A stretch of DNA of 64,000 nucleotides. It comes from Nannocystis bainbridge (GTDB lineage: Bacteria > Myxococcota_A > Polyangia > Nannocystales > Nannocystaceae). Where the stretch lies: positions 320,001 to 384,000 of the forward strand of contig NZ_JAQNDL010000002.1 in the NCBI RefSeq assembly GCF_028368995.1, given 5' to 3'. The position numbers and the translations under genes were made by a program. This document shows positions 47,537 to 57,626 of the stretch, in pieces. Below the pieces are notes generated by a model. That model did no database searches, was not told where the DNA came from, and saw only the letters and a list, made by a program, of their open reading frames with translations. Every line of letters starts with the position of its first letter. Position 1 is the stretch's first letter.

Positions 47537-49027
47537 ATGATTAAGGCCATCTCGACATACGCCCTGCCGCGCCTCTCGGCCGGCGCCCTGTTTACATTCA
47601 GCGCCTCGCTGGTCGCGCTGGGTTGCCCGGCCGACTCCGGCACCTCGACCGGGACCGAGACCGAGACCGGCACCGACACCGGCACCGATGCGGGCACGGA
47701 GACGGCGGGTCCCACCACCGTCGACCCGAGCGAGACCGGCGGCCTGACGACCTCGACGACGATCGACCCGACCACCGCCGGGCCGACCAGCACGACGGAG
47801 GACGAGACGACGACCACGACCGAGGCGACGACGGTCGACACCACCACGACCGAGGCGACCACGGTCGACACCACCAGCGCCGAGACGACGACCACGACCG
47901 GCGTGGTGGAGGAGACCACCACCACCGGGACCGACACGACCGACACCACGACCGGCGAGACGACCACCGAGGACACCACGACCGGCGGGCCGATCAAGCC
48001 CGAGGACTGCGAGGAGCTGCCGATCTTCGGCGTCGAGCTGCTGAGCCAGCAGGAGCACCAGCTCGAGAGCGCCGGGCCGGTGCCGCTCGTGCGCACGCCC
48101 GCGGGGCAGGCCAGCATCACCGCCGATCCGGCGCTGTTCGACCTGCTGCGGATCCTCTTCGACGGCGACCTCGGCGTCGGCGTGCACGCGCTGGATCCGG
48201 ACCCCAACCATGCGGTCCCCAACAACGTCCAGCTTTACGTGCCGATCAGCAACGCCGCCGTGGTCTACCAGGAGGACCTGGCGATGAACGCCTACACCAA
48301 GGTGTTCACGGCCGTCGCCGGCGAGCTCGAGATCTTCGACCTGGTGACGCCGCACCAGACCCACGGCCGCGTGCGCCACGTCGAGCTGCGCGAGATGGTG
48401 AAGGTCGGCGACCTGCTCGAGCCGGTGATGGGCGGGGCCTGCTACTGGATCGAGGAGGCCGAGTACGACGTGCGGCGGCCCAGCGGCTGCGCCCCGTTCA
48501 CCGACGATGCGTGCGCTGCGGAGCAGTTCTGCATGCCGGTCAACGCGATCGGCAGCGACGGCGTGTGCGTGACCGGCGGGGCCAAGGTCGAGGGTGAGAC
48601 GTGCGCTCTGGTCGACCCCAACGGCTGGGACTCGGACTGCGGGCTCGGCCTGCGCTGCGTCGATTTCGGCGACGGCCACGAGTGCGGCCAGGTCTGTGAC
48701 GTGCTGTCCGACGCGCCGGGCTGTCCCGCGGGCACCCACTGCGGCGGCGGCTACAACATGTGCCTGCCCGAGGCGCTGCTGCAGAACAGCGGCATCGACC
48801 CGGCGCCGCTCGGCGAGCCGTGCGTCGACAACCCGGCGGCGCTGTACTGCGGCGGCGAGGGCCGGCCGGGGCACTGCTACGACGACGACGGCAACGACGG
48901 CCCGCTGGTGTCGACGTGCCTGCCGTTCCTGCCGGCGCAGTCGCAGTGCGAGGCGCCGCAGGTCGCCGGCTACGTGGCGTACAAGGCGGGCATCGACCGC
49001 TCGACGCTGTGGTGCCTCACGCCGTGA
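47537..49027 (+). CDS. Lipoprotein with long Thr-rich linker and Cys-rich C-terminus
   Basis: Lipobox ALGC, poly-Thr region, many Cys. Confidence 0.75.
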   Translation: MIKAISTYALPRLSAGALFTFSASLVALGCPADSGTSTGTETETGTDTGTDAGTETAGPTTVDPSETGGLTTSTTIDPTTAGPTSTTEDETTTTTEATTVDTTTTEATTVDTTSAETTTTTGVVEETTTTGTDTTDTTTGETTTEDTTTGGPIKPEDCEELPIFGVELLSQQEHQLESAGPVPLVRTPAGQASITADPALFDLLRILFDGDLGVGVHALDPDPNHAVPNNVQLYVPISNAAVVYQEDLAMNAYTKVFTAVAGELEIFDLVTPHQTHGRVRHVELREMVKVGDLLEPVMGGACYWIEEAEYDVRRPSGCAPFTDDACAAEQFCMPVNAIGSDGVCVTGGAKVEGETCALVDPNGWDSDCGLGLRCVDFGDGHECGQVCDVLSDAPGCPAGTHCGGGYNMCLPEALLQNSGIDPAPLGEPCVDNPAALYCGGEGRPGHCYDDDGNDGPLVSTCLPFLPAQSQCEAPQVAGYVAYKAGIDRSTLWCLTP

Positions 49028-49085
49028 GGCGCAGGGCCGGGCGCGGTGCCCGGAGGGGCGGGCGCCCGGGGTCGCCGGCGTGATG

Positions 49086-49169
49086 TGTTCGTAAGAGCAT
49101 GCTCGCCAGGACATGTCCTTGAGGGCATGCTCTTGTGGGCATGCCCATTCGGGCATGTCCCGAGAGTCA
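49086..49169. repeat. Phased 14-bp array with five RRRCATGYYY decamers
   Basis: CATG at 49098, 49112, 49126, 49140 and 49154, between convergent genes. Confidence 0.9.
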
Positions 49170-49173
49170 GATG

Positions 49174-51378
49174 TCAGCCCAGGTCGGCGAGCGCCAGCGG
49201 CCAGCGGTGGTCGTAGGCCACCAGCTTGCCGGTGGCCGCCAGCGGCGCGGCGTCGGGGAGCGGCTGCGGGTCGCCCTCGGCGGCGAGCACGAACGCGTGC
49301 AGCGGGGTGACGACGACCACGCCGCGCTCGCTGCCGGTGGCCAGCAAGTGGGTCACGGGCGGTTGCACGACCTCGCCGGCGGGCAGGGTCTGCTCGCCGC
49401 AGGGGCGGCCCTCGGCGTCGAACCACAGGTGACGGTCGTCGCTCTCGACCACCAGGCGGCCGGCGCCGTCGAACTCGAACAGCCAGGCGTTCTTCAGGGT
49501 CCTGCGGGCCAGCTCGCGGCCGGCGCGGATGTCGTGGAGGACCAGCGCGTCGTCCTTGCGGGCGGTCCAGGCGACCCGCTGGCCGTCGGCCGAGAAGCGC
49601 GGCGACTCGTACTCGCCCCACGGGGCCGCGACCTCGCGGAAGCCCGCGCCCTCGCGCAGCCAGCAGCGCGACACGTGGCGCCCGCGCTGCGAGTCGTAGA
49701 CGTCGGCCTTGAACAGCGAGCCGTCGTCGCTGGCCAGCAGGTTGCCCGAGCTGAGGAAATCATCGGACGAGACCACGCCGAGCTGGGCGAGCTCGCGGCC
49801 CTCGGCGTCGAGCTCGACCAGCCGGCCGCTGCGGTCCTCCTCGCGCAGCAGCGCGAACACGCCGCCGGTGCGCTCGATCGGCGCGGCGTGGTGGATCCGG
49901 ATCGCCAACTGCTCGGCCCCGGCGGCGGTCAGGCGGAAGGCGTCGTCGTTGTTGAACCACGCCAGCGCGGCGTCGCGGCCGAGCGGGACGGCGCCGCTGA
50001 ACGCGTGCGAGGCGCCCCAATCGATGCCGCGGGCCAGCTCGACGCCGGCGGGCGAGCGCAGGGCGACGCCCTTCTCGACTTCGGTGAAGCCGAGGATCAG
50101 GCCGCTGCCGTCGCGCGTGACCTGAGGCTCGTACAGCGGCGGGGACATGTGCGCGGCCCGGACCGCGCCCTTCGGCAGGGTCTGGCGGAACCGGACCGCG
50201 CCGTCGTGGCCGAGGTGGAGCACCTGGTCCTCGTGGACGCGGGCGATCAGGCCGTCGGAGGCGCCGGCGGAGCTGATCTGATCGACCTCGGCGATCGGGC
50301 CGGCGAAGCGCAGGCCCTCGGGCTCGAGCGTGGCCACGAACAGCTGGCCGCCGCGGCGCGCGAGCGCGGCCAGCGTGCCGCTGGCGTCGCGGTGCATCAT
50401 GCCGACCGCGCAGTCTTGCTGGATCCGCGTCTGCAGCTTGCGCGCGATCGTGCCTTCCACGTCGGCCCACACCACCTCGCCGGCGGCAGTGCCGAACACG
50501 AACTGACCGGCGGCGAGGCCTGGCGCGATCGCGGTGATCGGGCCGTCGGTCGACGGCAGGGTCGAGGCGACCGCGCCCGCGCGCAGCACCGCGACCGCGC
50601 CGGCGGTGGCGACCGCGATCGCGTCCTCGCCGACCGCCGCGAGGCCGACCACCGGGCCTTCGACGCGACCGAGGGGCACCAGCGCGGCGTCCTTGCCGGG
50701 CTGCCAGGCGGCGACGCTGCCGTCGTCGAAGCCGATCAGCGCCCGCGCGCCGGCGGCCGCGAGCGCGGTCGCCTGAACGCCTGTCTCGAAGGACAGGTCG
50801 GCGATCGGCTCGCCGTCGCGATGGGCGCGCAGCTCGGCGCGACCGAGGGTGACGAGCACGTCCTCCGCGAGCGCCGTGAACGCGCGCAGGCCGAGGTGCT
50901 GCGCGGCCCAGGTCGGCTTGCCCACGCTGGCGCGGCCGCGCTTCTGCGCGACCTCGTAGGCCTCGATCGCGCCGCTGTCGCGGGCGACCACGACCTGGGC
51001 ATCGTCGGCGACGAAGGCGGCGCCCATCCGCCGCATCGGCGCGGGATAGGCGGCGGTGTCGCGGCCGTCGCCCTTCTTGATCCCCTGCAGCCAGGCAGCG
51101 TCGCGGACCACGAGGGTGAAGGTGGCGCTGGCCTTGGGGACGGTGCTGCGCGCCGACACCAGGCACTCGGCCACGTAGTCGTGGAGCTCGCCGGCGGTCG
51201 CGTGGGGATCCTGGTCGTTGGCGCGGGCGATCGGGCCGGCGGCGCCGAGGCCGTCGAGCAGCCGCAGGGCGAAGATCGGGCAGAAGGAGACGACGTCCTT
51301 CTCGAGCGAGCGCACGGTCAGCTTGATCTCGGCGCCCTTGAGCGCGGCGACTTTGACGGAGTAAGTGGCGGTCGACAT
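49174..51378 (-). CDS. WD40/beta-propeller-like protein
   Basis: Repeated blades ([31 protein letters not shown]). Confidence 0.65.
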   Translation of the reverse strand: MSTATYSVKVAALKGAEIKLTVRSLEKDVVSFCPIFALRLLDGLGAAGPIARANDQDPHATAGELHDYVAECLVSARSTVPKASATFTLVVRDAAWLQGIKKGDGRDTAAYPAPMRRMGAAFVADDAQVVVARDSGAIEAYEVAQKRGRASVGKPTWAAQHLGLRAFTALAEDVLVTLGRAELRAHRDGEPIADLSFETGVQATALAAAGARALIGFDDGSVAAWQPGKDAALVPLGRVEGPVVGLAAVGEDAIAVATAGAVAVLRAGAVASTLPSTDGPITAIAPGLAAGQFVFGTAAGEVVWADVEGTIARKLQTRIQQDCAVGMMHRDASGTLAALARRGGQLFVATLEPEGLRFAGPIAEVDQISSAGASDGLIARVHEDQVLHLGHDGAVRFRQTLPKGAVRAAHMSPPLYEPQVTRDGSGLILGFTEVEKGVALRSPAGVELARGIDWGASHAFSGAVPLGRDAALAWFNNDDAFRLTAAGAEQLAIRIHHAAPIERTGGVFALLREEDRSGRLVELDAEGRELAQLGVVSSDDFLSSGNLLASDDGSLFKADVYDSQRGRHVSRCWLREGAGFREVAAPWGEYESPRFSADGQRVAWTARKDDALVLHDIRAGRELARRTLKNAWLFEFDGAGRLVVESDDRHLWFDAEGRPCGEQTLPAGEVVQPPVTHLLATGSERGVVVVTPLHAFVLAAEGDPQPLPDAAPLAATGKLVAYDHRWPLALADLG

Positions 51379-51547
51379 GGGGGGGCGCCGGCCATCCTAT
51401 CATCGAGGTCCTGCGCATCGGCTGGGGGCGCGGGGAGGCGGGGGCCGCGGAGCGACGGTCGGGGGCGGCCTGGCCGTGGCCCGGCGCGGCCGGGGGCGCG
51501 AGCGGGAGACGAGGCGCGGCGATCGGCTTACGATCCACGGGACCGCC

Positions 51548-52843
51548 ATGCGCCGCCTCGCCGCCCTCGCCGCCCTCGCGCTCGCCATCACATGTCTTTG
51601 GGGACAGCCTGCCGCCTCGGCCGCCGCGCCGGCGCCGGTGCCCGATAAGGCGTACTTGCTGCGGCCGGCGCGGGTGTTCGACGGCGAGGCGGCGCGCGAG
51701 GGCTGGGTCGTGCTGGTCCGCGGCGAGCGGATCGCGGCGGTCGGGCCGGCGGCGCAGGTCGGCGTGCCGGCCGACGCGGAGCCGATCGAGCTGGCGAACA
51801 CCACGCTGCTGCCCGGGCTCATCGAGGGCCACTCGCACCTGCTGCTGCACCCGTATGACGAGACGTCGTGGAACGACCAGGTGCTGCGCGAGCCGCTGAC
51901 GGTGCGCGTGGCCCGGGCCACCAACCACGCCCGCGATGCGCTGCTGGCCGGGTTCACGACGGTGCGCGACCTCGGCACCGAGGGCGCGGCGGAGGCCGAC
52001 GTGGGGCTCAAGCAGGCGATCCGGCAGGGCATCATCCCCGGGCCGCGGGTGGTGACGACGACGCGGGCGATCGTCGCCACCGGGACCTACGCGCCGCGGG
52101 GCTTCGCGCCGGCGTGGCACGTGCCGCAGGGCGCGGAGGAGGCCGACGGCGAGGACCTGGTCCGGGTGGTGCGCGGCCAGATCGCCCGCGGGGCCGATTG
52201 GATCAAGGTGTACGGCGATTACGCGTGGGGGCCGAAGGGCGAGGCGCTGCCGACGTTCTCATTGGCGGAGATGCAGCGGATCGTGGCGACGGCGCGCGAC
52301 GGCCGGCGGCCGGTGGTGGTCCACGCGAGCACGCCGGAGGGCATGAAGCGGGCGGTGCTGGCCGGGGCGGAGACGATCGAGCACGGCGACGGCGGGACCG
52401 CGGAGGTGTTCAAGCTGATGGCGAAGCGCGGGGTCTACCTGTGCCCGACGCTGGCGGCCACCGACGCGGTCCAGCAGTACGCCGGCTGGAAGCCGGGCGT
52501 CGGGCCCGAGCCGCAGGCGATCCGCGACAAGCGGGCCAGCTTCCGCGCGGCGCTGACCGCCGGGGTGCCGATCTGCTTCGGCAGCGACGTCGGGGTGTTC
52601 CGCCACGGCGACAACGCGCGCGAGCTCGAGCTCATGGTCGACTACGGGATGAAGCCGATCCAGGCCCTGCGCGCGGCCACGTCGGTCAACGCGCGGATGC
52701 TTCACATGGCCGACAGCATCGGCCAGGTCAAGGTCGGGCTGCTCGCCGACCTGGTGGCCGTCGAGGGCGACCCGACCCGCACGATCTCGGCGGTCCGGCA
52801 GGTCCGCTTCGTCATGAAGGGCGGGGCGATCCACCGCCGATGA
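51548..52843 (+). CDS. Secreted amidohydrolase-family protein (Xaa-Pro dipeptidase-like)
   Basis: [36 protein letters not shown] and ADLVAV. Confidence 0.9.
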   Translation: MRRLAALAALALAITCLWGQPAASAAAPAPVPDKAYLLRPARVFDGEAAREGWVVLVRGERIAAVGPAAQVGVPADAEPIELANTTLLPGLIEGHSHLLLHPYDETSWNDQVLREPLTVRVARATNHARDALLAGFTTVRDLGTEGAAEADVGLKQAIRQGIIPGPRVVTTTRAIVATGTYAPRGFAPAWHVPQGAEEADGEDLVRVVRGQIARGADWIKVYGDYAWGPKGEALPTFSLAEMQRIVATARDGRRPVVVHASTPEGMKRAVLAGAETIEHGDGGTAEVFKLMAKRGVYLCPTLAATDAVQQYAGWKPGVGPEPQAIRDKRASFRAALTAGVPICFGSDVGVFRHGDNARELELMVDYGMKPIQALRAATSVNARMLHMADSIGQVKVGLLADLVAVEGDPTRTISAVRQVRFVMKGGAIHRR

Positions 52844-52856
52844 CGGGCGATGGAAT

Positions 52857-52888
52857 CATGCCACATGTCTCCGGAGACATGTGGCATG
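52857..52888. terminator. Perfect 32-bp palindrome built on the element; possible bidirectional terminator
   Basis: CATGCCACATGTCT-CCGG-AGACATGTGGCATG between convergent stop codons. Confidence 0.65.
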
Positions 52889-52902
52889 AATGCCCGGGCC
52901 GT

Positions 52903-53709
52903 TCACTCGGCGGGCACGGGGCCGGGGACGTCGGCGCCGGTGCGCTGGCGGGAGGCGTGGCGCATCTCTTCGATGCGGGCGCGGGCCTCCTGGCGCATGT
53001 TCTCGGGCAAGAAGCTGAGGATGATCGCCAGCAGCATCAGCGACGCGGGCATCAGGAACACCAGGAACTCGACGCGGTGGGCGATCGGGACGGTCACGGC
53101 GGCGCCAGCGGCGAAGGCGGCGATCTTGCCGGCGCGCAGGGCCGCGTGGCGCTTGGCCAGCGCGAGCGCTTCGTCCTTGCTGAACATCAACTCGGCCAGG
53201 TGGATGCCGAGGTCGGTGGCGGGGCCGGTGAGGTGGGTGGTGCGGACGAGCAGGCCGGTGCTGGTAGCGATGGCGGCGTTCTGCAGGCCCATGGCGAAGC
53301 TGAGGATCGACAGCAGGATGAAGTCGGCCGGGACGATGACGGGCCCGCCGAACACCCCGAGCAGCCCGAAATGCCCGGCGATCGCGGTGAACAGGACCAG
53401 GGAGAAGGAGATCCACAGCGGCACGCTGAACCGCGGCCGCTTGTTCTGGTGCGCCCGGCCGTTGATGAGCAGGCCCGAGAGCATCGCCCCGCCGATGAAG
53501 CAGCTCAGCACCAGCGCGAAGTCGAGGAGCGGCATCAGGTGCACGACTTCCATACCCAGGCGCGTGACGGTTCCTGTCACGTGTGTCACGTAGGTCTGGC
53601 AGGCGAGCAGCGCCGCGGCGTTCACGGCGCCGGCGGCGAAGGTAAAAAGCAGCCAGCTCGGGATGTGCCGGGGCGAGAAGATCGATTCGGGGCGGTAGAG
53701 CGTCAGCAT
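52903..53709 (-). CDS. YoaK/DUF1275 membrane protein
   Basis: AGAVNA, THVTG, AMGLQNA and RTTHLTG. Confidence 0.9.
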   Translation of the reverse strand: MLTLYRPESIFSPRHIPSWLLFTFAAGAVNAAALLACQTYVTHVTGTVTRLGMEVVHLMPLLDFALVLSCFIGGAMLSGLLINGRAHQNKRPRFSVPLWISFSLVLFTAIAGHFGLLGVFGGPVIVPADFILLSILSFAMGLQNAAIATSTGLLVRTTHLTGPATDLGIHLAELMFSKDEALALAKRHAALRAGKIAAFAAGAAVTVPIAHRVEFLVFLMPASLMLLAIILSFLPENMRQEARARIEEMRHASRQRTGADVPGPVPAE

Positions 53710-53819
53710 CGTTTCGCGTTTGGAGAAAGCGGAGAAGCTATTCCGGAGCGCGCAGGCGGGGTGCCACCATTGGCGGGAGCACTCGCTCCTTCTTGCGCTC
53801 GTAGTATAGTCGCGAGACG

Positions 53820-54245
53820 ATGAATTTCATCCACCGATTGAAGAGCGCGGTAGGGATTGGTACGCCCACCATCGCCATCGAGGGCGTCGTGGGTCCGGTG
53901 CGCGCGGGGGAGGTCCTCCGTGGCACCCTGGTGCTGCAGGGCGGAGAGTACGAGGTGCCGGTCGAGCGCGTGATGCTCCGCTTCGACGAGCAGCACCTCA
54001 CGCACAAGGTGCCGAGCGCCGCGGCGCCGCCGGACCGGGTGAGCGAGCGGAGCCTGGCCGCCGCCGAGCTGCCGCTCGACCCGCCGGTGCTGCGCATCGG
54101 CGAGCGAGTCACGCGAGAGTTCACGCTGCCGCTGCCCGCGACGATCGAGCCGAGCCAGGGGCCGCGGGCCTACGCGCTGCTCGCCGAGGTGTCGATCGCC
54201 GGCGTCGACCCGCGCGCCGAGCTGCCCCTCGAAGTGGTTGCCTGA
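53820..54245 (+). CDS. SpoOM-like (arrestin-fold) protein
   Basis: RLKSAVGIG...GEVLRGTLVLQGG...FTLPLP...GVDP. Confidence 0.6.
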   Translation: MNFIHRLKSAVGIGTPTIAIEGVVGPVRAGEVLRGTLVLQGGEYEVPVERVMLRFDEQHLTHKVPSAAAPPDRVSERSLAAAELPLDPPVLRIGERVTREFTLPLPATIEPSQGPRAYALLAEVSIAGVDPRAELPLEVVA

Positions 54246-54428
54246 GCGCCCGCGCCTCCGCCGCGGCGCGCCCCAGGACGGCACAAGGGCGGACGGCTCG
54301 GCGAATTTTTTCGTGAGCGAGCGCAGGTCGGCGCGCAGGGCGGAGACGAGCAGCCGAAAACAAGTACGACGAATCCGTCGCCGAGGCGGAGGACGCGCTC
54401 GTGCTCGCGGGGTCGTCCGCCCGGGGTG

Positions 54429-54525
54429 CAATGATGACAGCAGAGAAAGTCCGAGGCCCGCTGTCATTGTTGCGGTGCCGTCATTGTTGCGGTGCCGTCA
54501 TTGTTGCGGTGCTGTCATTGTCGCC
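54429..54525. repeat. 17-bp direct repeats (about 3.5 copies) with an upstream inverted partial copy
   Basis: GTCATTGTTGCGGTGCC at 54463, 54480 and 54497 (last base T), partial at 54514; inverted GCAATGATGACAG near 54428. Confidence 0.8.
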
Positions 54526-54692
54526 AGCGCGGCCGGACGGCTGTCTCGGCGAGCGCGGCGAGGGCTGGATCTTGCGCGGCGTGAACTCCCCCCGGCGTGG
54601 GCCGAACACGGGAGGGTGGCGCGGCTGTGGGGGCACGGGCGAGCGACGGCCGTCGCGGGGTCCCAGGAGCACGCGCACGACGAACGCGAGGA

Positions 54693-56504
54693 TCACGGGT
54701 CGAGCACGACGACGTAGCCGTCGCGGCCGCCGTGGCTGGGCTGGTTGCCGGCGCCGAGGTCGATGCCGTTATTAAAATGACCGGTGGCGGCGACCGAGCC
54801 GGCGTCGGCGGCGGCGACGTGGGTGTCGCGCTGCTCCTGCGGGCCGCCGAGCCGCTTGCTCCACCCGTGCTGGCCGAGCGGGCCAAACTTGGCGACGAAC
54901 ACGTCGCGGTTGTCGAGGGCCATCAGCGGGCCGCCGCCGAGGTCGCAGGAATTGTAAAAGGTGCCGATGACGGCGAGGTTGTCGAGGCCGTCGACGGCGA
55001 CGTGCTCGGCGATCGAGCCGCCCTCGCACAGCTCGCGGCTCCACAGATGGGCGCCGTCGCCGTCGAACTGGGCCAGGTAGCTGACGACGTTGGGGCCCTC
55101 CAGCGGCCCGCCGCCGAAGTCGAGGACGCCGCTCGTGCCACCGGTGAGGCTGACGCGGCCCTTGCTGTCGACCGCGAGGCCGCGGATGGCCTGGCTGCCG
55201 ACGTCGCCCCAGCGCTTGCCCCACTTGGCGGCCCCGGACGGGTCGAACTTGATGAGGAAGATGTCCTCGAGGCCCGCGCTGACGAGCGGGCCGGTGCCGG
55301 GATCGAAGCTGCCGCGCATGCCGCCGGTGACGTAGATGTCGCCGGCCGCGTCGGCGCCGATGCCCATGCCGATCTGCCACTGCGGGTCGCCGAAGCCGCG
55401 GCTCCACGCGTGCGCGCCGGCGCCGGTGAACTTGGCGACGAACAGGTCGTTGGCGCCGGCGCCGAGGAGGGTCGGACCGCCGAGAGCGAGCGAGCCGACG
55501 AAGGCGCCGGTGAGCAGGATGTCGCCGGACGGATCGATCGCCAGATCGACGATGGTGGCGTCGTCGCCGGAATGGAACGAATGGCTCCACTGGTGCTGGC
55601 CGTCGCCGTCGAGGCGGGCGAGGAACAGGTCGGCCTGGGCGGTGGGATTTTTGAGCGGGCCGCCGCCGAAATCGAGGTCGCCGTGGAAGACGCCGCCGAG
55701 GACGATGTCGCCGTCGCCGGCGATGGCGAGGCCGTATTCGGGACCGCCCTGGTAATCGCCGTCGCCGAAGCGCTTGGCCCACAGGAGGGCGCCGTCGGGG
55801 GCGAACTTGGCGAGCAAGACGTCGTAGCCGGCGTGGACCAGCGGGCCGCCGCCGAAGTCGACGTCGCCGTTGCTCCACGCGGCGAGCACGAGGTTGCCTT
55901 CGCCGTCAAAGGCGACCCTGTCGCCCTCGTCGTTGCCGGCCTCGCCGAAGGTGAGGCCCCAGGCGTATGCGCCGTCGCCCTGGCACGGGTCGAGGCCGTC
56001 GCAGCTCTCGTCGCCGGGCGCTTCGCAGGTGTCGCGGGCCGGGACGACCTCGCCGAGGCAGGGTCCCCACAGCTGCTCAGGGCCGCAGGTCTTCTGGCCG
56101 CCGTGGCACTCGCCGACGTCGAGGGTGCCGTCAGGGCCGCTGTAGCAGTCCTGCATGTCCCCGGGGACACATTCGCCGACGACGCCGGTGTCGGTGGCGT
56201 CGGTGGTCGTGGTGGAGTCGGTGGTGACGGAGGTCGTGGTGGTCTCCGTGGTGGTGGTTGTTGTGCCCTGGGTGGTGCTGGTGGTCGGGTCGACGGCGGT
56301 GGTGGGTTCGCCCGTGGAGGTGGTGGACTCGGTGGTGGTCTCGCTGCCCGCGCCGGTGGTGGGCGCGATCGCGGTGGTCGATTCGCTCGCGGTCCCGGCC
56401 TGCGCGGTGGTGTCGGCGGGGTCGGTGTCGGTGGCAGCGACAGGGTCGCCAGGGCACGCGGCGAGGACGAGGGGGGTGAGGCGCAGCCAGCGAGTCCAGG
56501 GCAT
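54693..56504 (-). CDS. Lipoprotein with Thr linker, Cys module and SBBP-like beta-propeller repeats
   Basis: Lipobox LAAC; repeated DxxGNLVxxGxFxGxxDFGGGPL...DxFxAKF...WxKRxG units. Confidence 0.85.
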   Translation of the reverse strand: MPWTRWLRLTPLVLAACPGDPVAATDTDPADTTAQAGTASESTTAIAPTTGAGSETTTESTTSTGEPTTAVDPTTSTTQGTTTTTTETTTTSVTTDSTTTTDATDTGVVGECVPGDMQDCYSGPDGTLDVGECHGGQKTCGPEQLWGPCLGEVVPARDTCEAPGDESCDGLDPCQGDGAYAWGLTFGEAGNDEGDRVAFDGEGNLVLAAWSNGDVDFGGGPLVHAGYDVLLAKFAPDGALLWAKRFGDGDYQGGPEYGLAIAGDGDIVLGGVFHGDLDFGGGPLKNPTAQADLFLARLDGDGQHQWSHSFHSGDDATIVDLAIDPSGDILLTGAFVGSLALGGPTLLGAGANDLFVAKFTGAGAHAWSRGFGDPQWQIGMGIGADAAGDIYVTGGMRGSFDPGTGPLVSAGLEDIFLIKFDPSGAAKWGKRWGDVGSQAIRGLAVDSKGRVSLTGGTSGVLDFGGGPLEGPNVVSYLAQFDGDGAHLWSRELCEGGSIAEHVAVDGLDNLAVIGTFYNSCDLGGGPLMALDNRDVFVAKFGPLGQHGWSKRLGGPQEQRDTHVAAADAGSVAATGHFNNGIDLGAGNQPSHGGRDGYVVVLDP

Positions 56505-56618
56505 GGCTGGCCTATAACCCGCGCAGAACGCCGATGTTGCCGGGACAAACGCGCGCTCGTGTGATTCGTGCAGGGTGATGCCAAACCCGCGCGGCCAGAT
56601 CGATTACCATGGCGATCG

Positions 56619-56972
56619 ATGGCTCGTCCCCGCGCGCGCTGGCTCGTGATCGCAATCGTGGTGGCGCTGGCGGTGACGGGCTACTTCGCTTACCCGTACG
56701 CGGTGGTGGCCGGGCTGGCGCGCTCGATCGCGGGGGCGGAGACGGCGGAGGCGGAGACGGCGGCGCTGTGCCGGGCGAATCGGGCGTTCCACTCGGGCTG
56801 GGCGCCGACGTACTCGGTGCGGACGCGCGACGCGAACGGGGCGGAGCTGCGGCCGTGGCAGGACGGGGCGTACGCGCAGGTGGCCGCGATCACGCTGACC
56901 TGGGCGACCGGTCAATCGGTGGACCGCACGCTGCTGACGCGCGACGGGCTGGCGTGCGTGTTCGGCGAATGA
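56619..56972 (+). CDS. Small membrane-anchored hypothetical protein
   Basis: N-terminal TM helix and GC3-biased codons. Confidence 0.55.
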   Translation: MARPRARWLVIAIVVALAVTGYFAYPYAVVAGLARSIAGAETAEAETAALCRANRAFHSGWAPTYSVRTRDANGAELRPWQDGAYAQVAAITLTWATGQSVDRTLLTRDGLACVFGE

Positions 56973-56996
56973 GCCGGGCGCGACCCGGCTCATTCG
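56966..56996. terminator. Hairpin between convergent genes
   Basis: CGAATGAGCCGGG-CGCGA-CCCGGCTCATTCG, 13-bp stem. Confidence 0.6.
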
Positions 56997-57068
56997 TCGG
57001 ACCGGCGGTCGTCGCCGGGGCGCCGAGTCGTCGCATTCGCCCGGCGCGGCCCGGGGCGAACCGGCGGG

Positions 57069-57557
57069 TCACGCGTCGCCGAAGCCGCTGGCGATCCAGC
57101 GGCTGGCGGTGGCGCTGCTGAGCTTGAAGCTGGGGGCGACGCGGCGCTCGGCCAGCTTCTCGCCGATCGGGTCCCACGCGGTGAGCATCGCGTGCGGGTC
57201 GTCCTCGTCGGGGGCGATGTCGAGGTCGACGCGGATCGAGGCGCCCTCGGCGTCGACGACGGTGACGCTGCGGTGGCGCTGGGCCCGGGCGTGGGCCTCG
57301 TGGCGGGTGACGACGTCGAGGGCGCCCTTGAGCAGGGTCTTGAAGTCGGTGTGGTTGAGCGGCTTGGGGTTCTTCTTGTCACGCCCCATGGTCCACGGGC
57401 TGGTGAGGACCGGCTCGGCGTCGCCGTCGCGGGTCATCGTCACGGCCCAGCCGTCGTCGTCCTCGTTCTTGATCACCTGGGCCGTGAAGCCGCTGGCGAC
57501 CCATCGGCGCGCGTCGCCTTCGCCGCTGTCCGTTTGGTCGGTCGTGTCTTTCGCCAT
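57069..57557 (-). CDS. Conserved hypothetical protein
   Basis: Globular sequence with PWTMGRDKKNPKPL; AGGAAG-like RBS upstream. Confidence 0.7.
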   Translation of the reverse strand: MAKDTTDQTDSGEGDARRWVASGFTAQVIKNEDDDGWAVTMTRDGDAEPVLTSPWTMGRDKKNPKPLNHTDFKTLLKGALDVVTRHEAHARAQRHRSVTVVDAEGASIRVDLDIAPDEDDPHAMLTAWDPIGEKLAERRVAPSFKLSSATASRWIASGFGDA

Positions 57558-57626
57558 GATGCGGTGCTTCCTTGCTTCCTGCGCGTTTGTACAGCAACCA
57601 CGGCGCCGGCGACAGGCATCGGCGCG

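Noticed and set aside
47640-47990. Thr-rich ACC/ACG repeats as a separate repeat element
   Set aside because: This is an ordinary low-complexity lipoprotein linker, seen in several genes in the window.
49095-49160. Eukaryotic p53 response elements or contamination
   Set aside because: The match to RRRCWWGYYY is real, but copies are embedded throughout clearly bacterial genes and use a fixed 4-bp spacer.
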